A stretch of DNA of 64,000 nt from Candidatus Marinacidobacterium sp. (lineage in GTDB: Bacteria; Acidobacteriota; Vicinamibacteria; Marinacidobacterales; Marinacidobacteraceae): assembly GCA_965220965.1 (NCBI GenBank), contig OZ244852.1:1504001-1568000 (forward strand), written 5' to 3'. The notes under the pieces were generated by a model, which was given only the letters and a program-made list of their open reading frames with translations, was not told where the DNA came from and did not search any database. Positions 57,750 to 64,000 of the stretch are shown here, one piece after another. The position numbers and the translations under genes were made by a program. Numbering within the stretch: the first letter of the stretch is position 1; every line of letters begins with the position of its first letter.

Positions 57750-58808
57750 CTACCCGTCGAGAGCGTCCAGCACGGCGTCGGTGACCTCGCGGGTCCCGGC
57801 GCCGCCTCCCAGATCGCGGGGAAGGACATCGCCGTCCAGCGCGGCGTCCACCGCCGCCTCGATCGCGGCCGCCTCTTCGCCGAGGCCGAAGCTGTGCTCC
57901 AGCATGAGCGCCGCCGAGGAAATCGCCGCGAGCGGGTTCGCGACGCCCTGGCCGGCGATGTCGGGGGCCGAGCCGTGGACCGGCTCGTAGAGCCCGCCCC
58001 CGTCCCCCACGCTCGCCGACGGGAGCAGCCCCAGCGATCCGGCGAGCACCGAGGCCTCGTCGCTCAGGATGTCGCCGAAGAGGTTCCCGGTGAGCACGAC
58101 ATCGAACTGGCGCGGGTCCCGGACGATCTCCATCGCCGCCCGGTCCACGTACATGTGATCAAGCGCGACTCCCGGGTAGTCCCCGGCGAGGCCGGCGACG
58201 ACCTCCCGCCATAGCGCCGAGGTCTCGAGCACGTTGGCCTTGTCCACCGAGAGGAGCCGTCCCCGGCGGCGCCCGGCGGCCTCGAAGGCCACCCGGGCGA
58301 TCCGCTCGATCTCGCCGACGTCGTAGCGGAGGGTGTTCACCCCGACCCGGTCCGCGCCCTCCCCCGAGATCCCTCGCGGCGTCCCGTAGTAGAGGCCTCC
58401 GGTGAGCTCGCGCACGATGAGCAGATCGGTCCCGGCGATCGCCTCCGGGCGGAACGGGGAGTGCGGGAGAACCCGGCGGACGCGGACCGGCCGCAGGTTC
58501 GCGTAGGCGCCGAGCAGCTTCCGGAGTTCGAGGAGCGCCCGCTCGGGGCGCTCGGCGGCGGGCAGCCGGTCGTGCCGGGGGTCGCCGACGGCCCCCAGCA
58601 GGATGGCCGGCGCCTCGAGGCAGGCGGCGCGGGTCGCCGCCGGAAACGCCTCGCCGCCGCGGTCCCAGGCGGCCCCGGCGAAGTCGTGGCGCTCCACCTC
58701 GAGCCGGTGTCCGAAGCGCTCGGCCACCCGTTCGAGAATGCGCTCGGCCTCGGCGACGACGTCGGGACCGATCCCGTCACCCGGGAGACAGACGAACCGG
58801 AGGTCCAT
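57750..58808 (-). CDS. leuB: 3-isopropylmalate dehydrogenase
   Basis: LPGDGIGP, ANLRP, VRELTGGLY, DKANVL, NLFGDILSDE, EPVHGSAPDIAG. Confidence 0.96.
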   Translation of the reverse strand: MDLRFVCLPGDGIGPDVVAEAERILERVAERFGHRLEVERHDFAGAAWDRGGEAFPAATRAACLEAPAILLGAVGDPRHDRLPAAERPERALLELRKLLGAYANLRPVRVRRVLPHSPFRPEAIAGTDLLIVRELTGGLYYGTPRGISGEGADRVGVNTLRYDVGEIERIARVAFEAAGRRRGRLLSVDKANVLETSALWREVVAGLAGDYPGVALDHMYVDRAAMEIVRDPRQFDVVLTGNLFGDILSDEASVLAGSLGLLPSASVGDGGGLYEPVHGSAPDIAGQGVANPLAAISSAALMLEHSFGLGEEAAAIEAAVDAALDGDVLPRDLGGGAGTREVTDAVLDALDG

Positions 58809-58873
58809 GGCGGCGCGGGATCGTAGCCGAGGCGTACACTGCGGACCGGCGCGTCACGAGCGCCGCCCGCCCT

Positions 58874-61213
58874 TTGGGTCTGCTCGACCGCTATCTCTTC
58901 CGGCTGCTGGGACCGGGGGCCTTCCTCGGCGTCGGGGTGTTCCTGTTCGCCCTGCTCCTGAACGAGCTGGTGCGGCACATCCAGTTGCTCGTCACCCAGC
59001 GGGCGAGCCCGGCGGTCATCGGGCAGGCGCTCCTGCTCCTGATCCCTGGCCTGCTGGTCGTCGCGGTGCCCAGCGCGCTGCTCCTCGGGATCCTGCTCGC
59101 GCTGAACCGCCTCGCCGCCGCGCGGGAACTCGTCGCGATGCGCGCCGCGGGCGTGTCGCCGTGGCGGCTCCTGCGGCCCATCGCCTTCGCGTCGCTGCTC
59201 GCCACCGGGCTCAGCGCGTTCCTGATGATCGAGGTCGTGCCCGAAACGAACCGGCGGTTCGTGGATCTCCGGGACGAACTCCTCGACGCCACGCTTCGGA
59301 GCGAGATCGAGCCCCGGGTCTTCTACGACGAGCTCCTCGACGGACGGGTCCTGCTGGTCGGCGAGATCCCCGCCGAAGGCGACCACTGGGAGCGCGTCTT
59401 CCTCGCCGAGACCGACGGCGCGGCGTCCCCGCCGGCGCCGGACGAGATCACCGGCGCCGGACTCGTCCCGGGCGACCCGACGGTCTTCTTCGCCGAGCGC
59501 GGACGCCTGGTGACGATCCCCGAGGAGCGCGCGGCGTTCCTCGAACTCAAGGAGGTCGAGGTCCATAACACCCGGCTCTCCGACCCCGGGCGCTACCGGA
59601 TCCAGCGCGCCGCCGAGGTCCAGCTTCCCCTCGACCCGGACGACTACTTCGGCGACGAGACCCCGAGCCGCCGGCAGGATGCGCGCGCCATGACGCTGCC
59701 GGACCTCGAGGCGGCGTTCGCGGAGACCGGGGCGCCGGTCTACCGGGTGGAGATCCACAAGAAGTTCGCGCTCCCCGCCGCCTGCCTCGTCCTCGGGCTC
59801 ATGGGGCTGGGGCTCGGGCTCCGGCCGGAGGCCGGTCCTGAGCGGTCGGGCGCGTTCGCGGTCGCCGTCCTGGTGGTGGTCAGCTACCACGTTCCGCTCT
59901 CGTTCGGGGAGGAGCTGGCGGCGTCCGGGGAAATCTCCCCGTGGCTCTCGATGTGGACGCCGAACCTGCTCGCGCTCACGGTGGCCGGCGTTCTGCTGCT
60001 GCTGGCGGCGCGCGACCGGGACCCGCTGGCGCCGCTCTTTGGATTCGTGGCCCGGGTCCGGACCCTGCCGGCCGCCCTCGGCCGCCTCCGCCCCCGAGGC
60101 CGGCTCCGGTCTCGTCGCCGCCGCGGCGGGAGGTCCCTGCTCCTCGACCGCTACGTGGCGGGGCAGTTCTTCCGGTATCTCGCCATCGCGCTCGCCGCGC
60201 TGGTCGCGGCGCAACTCATCGGGAGACTCACCTCGGTCATCGGCGACGCCTTCGAGCAGGAGATCCCGCTCGCGGAGGTGGTCCGCTATCTGGGGCTCTC
60301 GGTCCCGGAGTTCACCGCGGCCATGCTGCCCCTCGCGACTCTCGCGGCGACGCTCGTCACCTACGGCGTGCTGGGCCGGCGCCGCGAGGTCACCGCGTTC
60401 CTCGCCGCCGGGATCAGCCGCGGACGGCTCGCGCTGCCCGCGCTCGCGGTGGGCCTGTTCGCGAGCATCGGCGCCGTGGCGATCCAGGAGCTGGCCATGC
60501 CGCGCTCCGGCCCCCGGGCGGATGAACTCGCGGCCCGGATCCGGGGGACACCGCTGAGGACCCTCAACCCGCTGGAGCGCCACTGGGGGCTCGGCGAGGG
60601 CGGCGCGATCCGCCACCACGAGGAGTTCGACGCCGAACAGGGGGTCGTGCGCGGCCTCTCGGTCTTCCACCCGGGCGAGGACGGCGCCTCGCTGAACGAG
60701 CGAGCCTGGGCCGCCTCAGCGCACTGGTCCGAAGCGGAGCGCGGCTGGACGGGGATCGGCGGGTTCACCCGTAAGTTCGGGCCGGGGGCGGAGCCCAAGC
60801 CGTTCGCGATCCGCGCCATCGAGGGCCTTGGGCCTCCCGAAGAGCTTCTCTCCGACGAACACACTCCGGACCATCTGCCCTACCGCGACCTCCGGACGCG
60901 GATCGCCACCGTGGAGGCCGCCGGCCACCACACCACCGAGCTCCTGGTGGACCTCCACACGCGCGCCTCGCTGCCGCTCGCGGCGTTCGTCACCGTGCTC
61001 ATCGGCGTCCCCTTCGCGTTCCGCCACGAGAAGCGCAGCGGGGCCGCGAGCGCCGGGATCGCGCTCGCGATCGGCATCGTCTACCTGCTGGTTGCGCCCT
61101 TCTTCGAGTTCCTGGGAGACGCCCGCCTCCTCGAACCGGCGCTCGCCGCCTGGTCGCCCAACCTGTTCTTCAGTCTGGCGTCGGCGTGGCTCCTGTTCCG
61201 GATCCAGACCTGA
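58874..61213 (+). CDS. Fused LptF-LptG LPS export permease
   Basis: Two YjgP/Q units each beginning LLDRY and ending AxWxPN. Confidence 0.88.
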   Translation: MGLLDRYLFRLLGPGAFLGVGVFLFALLLNELVRHIQLLVTQRASPAVIGQALLLLIPGLLVVAVPSALLLGILLALNRLAAARELVAMRAAGVSPWRLLRPIAFASLLATGLSAFLMIEVVPETNRRFVDLRDELLDATLRSEIEPRVFYDELLDGRVLLVGEIPAEGDHWERVFLAETDGAASPPAPDEITGAGLVPGDPTVFFAERGRLVTIPEERAAFLELKEVEVHNTRLSDPGRYRIQRAAEVQLPLDPDDYFGDETPSRRQDARAMTLPDLEAAFAETGAPVYRVEIHKKFALPAACLVLGLMGLGLGLRPEAGPERSGAFAVAVLVVVSYHVPLSFGEELAASGEISPWLSMWTPNLLALTVAGVLLLLAARDRDPLAPLFGFVARVRTLPAALGRLRPRGRLRSRRRRGGRSLLLDRYVAGQFFRYLAIALAALVAAQLIGRLTSVIGDAFEQEIPLAEVVRYLGLSVPEFTAAMLPLATLAATLVTYGVLGRRREVTAFLAAGISRGRLALPALAVGLFASIGAVAIQELAMPRSGPRADELAARIRGTPLRTLNPLERHWGLGEGGAIRHHEEFDAEQGVVRGLSVFHPGEDGASLNERAWAASAHWSEAERGWTGIGGFTRKFGPGAEPKPFAIRAIEGLGPPEELLSDEHTPDHLPYRDLRTRIATVEAAGHHTTELLVDLHTRASLPLAAFVTVLIGVPFAFRHEKRSGAASAGIALAIGIVYLLVAPFFEFLGDARLLEPALAAWSPNLFFSLASAWLLFRIQT

Positions 61214-61214
61214 G

Positions 61215-62357
61215 CTAACCCTCTTCCGTATCGGGGAACCGCGCCCCGGGAGCGAGAAGCAGCCCCGGCGGGGTCACCGCCCCGGGCGCGACCGAGGCGC
61301 CTTCTCCCAGGCAGGCGCCGACCCGGGGAACGCCGACCCGCGCGGTGTGCCGGAGAACCTGGATCTCGCGCACCGGGCCCGACCGGAGCCGGGCGCCGGC
61401 GCCCACGACCGCGCCCGGTCCGAGGACGCTGTCGGAGACCACCGCCCCGGCCTCGATGCGCGCTCCCGACAGCAGCACGGCGCGCTCCACCCGGGCGCCG
61501 GACTCGATCCGGGCGCCGGCGGCCACCTCGACCGGGCCGGCGAGCCAGGCGTCCTCCGCCACGAACGCCCCCTCCTCCACCAGACGCGCGCCCGGACCCC
61601 GGCCCCCTTCGGTCGTCCGGAAGCCGAGGTCCGTCCCCAGCCACGGCGGCTCGCCGTCGAACAGCGGCGCGACCCGCCCGACGAGATCCCAGGCGTAGGT
61701 CAGCGGGATCCAGGGCCGCCGGGCGCGCACCGCGCGGACGCCCTTCTCGCGAATCAGGATCCGGATCAGGTCCGGAAGCTCGAGCTCCCCGCGGACGCTC
61801 TCGCCGACCTCTCCCAGGTGTCCCAGATCCTCGCGAAGGAGCGAGTAGGCCCCGATGCTGCTGAGCTCTCCCGGGCGGGCCGCGGGCGGCTTCTCTTCGA
61901 CGTCCACCAGCCAGTCGTCCGGCGTGACCTCGACGGTGGCGCGGTTCCACGGATCGGTGGCCTCCTTGCAGAGGATCGCGGTGGGCTCGCCGGACACCCG
62001 GGCGAGGTCCTCGCGGTGGTAGAAGTCGTCCCCGTTCATCACGAGCGCCCGCTCCCCGACGAGCGGCGCCGCCACCCGGAGCGCGTCGGCGGTGCCGCGG
62101 GCGGTCTGCTGGATCACCGGAACCAGCCGGATGCCGCGGTAGCGCTCGCCGAAGTGGGCGAGGATGCGCCGCCTGCCATGGCCCAGCACGAGGACCGCGG
62201 TGTCCACCAGACCCTCGAGCTGATCGAGCATCCGCTCGGTCAGCGGCCGTCCCCACAGCGGCAGCAGCGGCTTCGGAAAATCGGCGGTCAGCGGCCAGGT
62301 GCGGAGCGAACGCCCGGCGAGCAGAAGGACCGCGGTGGGACGCGGAAGCCGGCTCAT
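61215..62357 (-). CDS. Sugar-phosphate nucleotidyltransferase with hexapeptide tail (GlmU-like)
   Basis: LLAGRSLRTWPLT..PKPLL, GTADA, MNGD, EKP, RGELELPD; hexapeptide repeats. Confidence 0.8.
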   Translation of the reverse strand: MSRLPRPTAVLLLAGRSLRTWPLTADFPKPLLPLWGRPLTERMLDQLEGLVDTAVLVLGHGRRRILAHFGERYRGIRLVPVIQQTARGTADALRVAAPLVGERALVMNGDDFYHREDLARVSGEPTAILCKEATDPWNRATVEVTPDDWLVDVEEKPPAARPGELSSIGAYSLLREDLGHLGEVGESVRGELELPDLIRILIREKGVRAVRARRPWIPLTYAWDLVGRVAPLFDGEPPWLGTDLGFRTTEGGRGPGARLVEEGAFVAEDAWLAGPVEVAAGARIESGARVERAVLLSGARIEAGAVVSDSVLGPGAVVGAGARLRSGPVREIQVLRHTARVGVPRVGACLGEGASVAPGAVTPPGLLLAPGARFPDTEEG

Positions 62358-62407
62358 CCGATCGCTCCCGGCGCCCGTCGAGCCGATCCGGCCGGCCCGG
62401 GGCCCCT

Positions 62408-62575
62408 TGGTATCATGCCGCGCCCGCCCGCCGTTTCCCGTGTGCCGGGAAACCCGGGGCGCCCCCAGTTCTTGAAGCGAGTCCCCCCCGCCGCGCACCG
62501 GGAGCGCCCTGACCCAGGGCGTTCTCCGAAGCGTCCCCGGACGGGTTGTTGAGCTCCACAGCCAGCGGAGGATCG
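62408..62575 (+). promoter_or_regulatory. metK promoter (TGnTATCAT) and structured 5' leader
   Basis: TATCAT 62411-62416; hairpins 62433-62453 and 62501-62525; anti-SD 62522-62528. Confidence 0.45.
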
Positions 62576-63718
62576 GTGCGTCTTTTCACCTCCGAGTCGG
62601 TCACCATCGGACACCCCGACAAGGTCGCCGACCAGATCTCGGACGCGATCCTCGACGAGTTCCTCGCCGGCGATCCGCTCTCGCGGGTGGCGTGCGAGAC
62701 GCTGGTCACCGCCGGCCGCTGCGTGGCCTCCGGCGAAGTCGCATCCAGCGCGCTGCCGGACACGGCGCGCATCGAAGCGGTCGTCCGGTCGACGATCCGC
62801 TCGATCGGCTACTGCCGGGCCGAAGACGACTTCGACGCGGACGGCGTACGAGTCGAGATCCTCCTCGGACGCCAGACGCGGGACATCGGCATGGGAGTGG
62901 ACCAGGGCGGCGCCGGAGACCAGGGGATGATGTTCGGCTTCGCCTGCGACGAGACTCCGGAGTTCATGCCGCTTCCGATCGTGCTCGCTCACCGGATCAC
63001 CCGGCGGCTCGCCGAAGTGCGCCGCAGCGGCGAGATCCCGTACCTCGGGCCGGACGGCAAGGCGCAGGTCACCGTGGCCTACGACGACACCGGCGCGGTC
63101 GTCGGGATCCCGACGGTCGTGACCTCGACGCAGCACAGCGCGGAGGCCTCGGAACGGGTCCACCGGGACGTCGAACACATCGTCGTCCGGCCGTCCCTCC
63201 CCGAGCGGTTCCGGGAGGAACCGCGAGACGTGCTGATCAATCCGACGGGGCGCTTCGTGGCCGGCGGACCCGCGGCCGACTGCGGACTCACCGGCCGGAA
63301 GATTATCGTCGATACCTATGGCGGCATGGCCCGCCACGGGGGCGGCGCCTTCTCCGGCAAGGACCCCACGAAGGTGGACCGCTCGGCCGCCTACATGGCC
63401 CGTCTGGTCGCGAAGACCATCGTGGCCGCCGGGGTCGCCCGGCGCGCCGAGGTGCAGTTGGCCTACGCGATCGGCAAGGCCGAGCCGGTCTCGGTGCGGG
63501 TGGACACTTTCGGAACCGGCGCCGCCCCGGAACCGGCGATCGAACGCGCAGTGCGCGAGGTGTTCGGGCTCACCCCGGCGCGGATCATCGAGGCGCTCGA
63601 CCTCCGGCGCCCGATCTACGCCGCCACCGCCCAAAACGGCCACTTCGGACACGAGGGCCCCGGTTTCTCCTGGGAGCGGACCGACCGGGCTTCGGACCTC
63701 GCGGCCGCCATCGGCTGA
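62576..63718 (+). CDS. metK: S-adenosylmethionine synthetase
   Basis: [31 protein letters not shown]; GTG start with GGAGG SD. Confidence 0.97.
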   Translation: MRLFTSESVTIGHPDKVADQISDAILDEFLAGDPLSRVACETLVTAGRCVASGEVASSALPDTARIEAVVRSTIRSIGYCRAEDDFDADGVRVEILLGRQTRDIGMGVDQGGAGDQGMMFGFACDETPEFMPLPIVLAHRITRRLAEVRRSGEIPYLGPDGKAQVTVAYDDTGAVVGIPTVVTSTQHSAEASERVHRDVEHIVVRPSLPERFREEPRDVLINPTGRFVAGGPAADCGLTGRKIIVDTYGGMARHGGGAFSGKDPTKVDRSAAYMARLVAKTIVAAGVARRAEVQLAYAIGKAEPVSVRVDTFGTGAAPEPAIERAVREVFGLTPARIIEALDLRRPIYAATAQNGHFGHEGPGFSWERTDRASDLAAAIG

Positions 63719-63726
63719 GGGCCGGG

Positions 63727-64000
63727 TTGAGTCGGCGGCCGGCGCTCTCCCCGCTTCCGGCGCGCTTCGAACCGGAGGAAATCGAGAGCGAAGCCCGGGA
63801 CCGCTGGACCGAGGCTCGCGCCTTCGAGAGCGAGGTGGACCCGGCCGGGACGCCGCGCGCCGGGGGGGATCCGGCGAAAGAGCCCTTCACGGTGGTCATC
63901 CCGCCGCCCAACATCACCGGGCGGCTCCACATGGGCCACGCCCTGAACAACACGATCCAGGACGTGCTCGTCCGCTACCGGCGGATGGAGGGCCGCGACG
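63727..64000 (+). CDS. valS: Valine-tRNA ligase (5' part, truncated by window)
   Basis: PFTVVIPPPNITGRLHMGHALNNTIQDVLVRYRRM. Confidence 0.95.
   Translation, partial: MSRRPALSPLPARFEPEEIESEARDRWTEARAFESEVDPAGTPRAGGDPAKEPFTVVIPPPNITGRLHMGHALNNTIQDVLVRYRRMEGRD

Noticed and set aside
63-63953. Many long overlapping or antisense ORFs in the track (e.g. 1027-3006, 18240-20708, 23645-26353, 28609-31023, 45070-47868)
   Set aside because: Arg/Pro/Gly-rich shadow frames of real genes, expected at very high GC; no family motifs

Overview
Very GC-rich bacterial chromosomal segment, probably Acidobacteriota-like (inferred from gene content such as the fused lptF/G and bshA; not verified). It is mostly housekeeping genes: efp-epmA, recO-glyQ-glyS-mutL, mutY-leuS-lptE-holA, mgtE, yceD-rpmF-fabD-fabG-acpP-fabF, leuB, lptF/G, metK and the start of valS. 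It also holds an AttEFGH-like ABC/lipocalin operon, a putative peptidoglycan-recycling cluster and an ECF sigma/anti-sigma pair. An accessory, partly lower-GC, defence-like region (about 35.3-42.7 kb) is split by an arginase/hydrolase pair. That region contains a coupled ABC-ATPase + PD-(D/E)xK nuclease + antitoxin-fragment operon, a DUF4238 gene, a divergent UDG-superfamily glycosylase with a partner gene, and a permuted HATPase/AlbA remnant. Notable non-coding or unannotated signals are a candidate stand-alone pseudoknotted small RNA (about 5.9-6.0 kb), a leaderless Pro-rich uORF overlapping the mgtE start, a switch-like metK leader, probable CTG starts for epmA and mutY, and many leaderless-type promoters. 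No rRNA, tRNA, CRISPR array or transposase was seen. All calls come from reading motifs by eye; no database searches were run.
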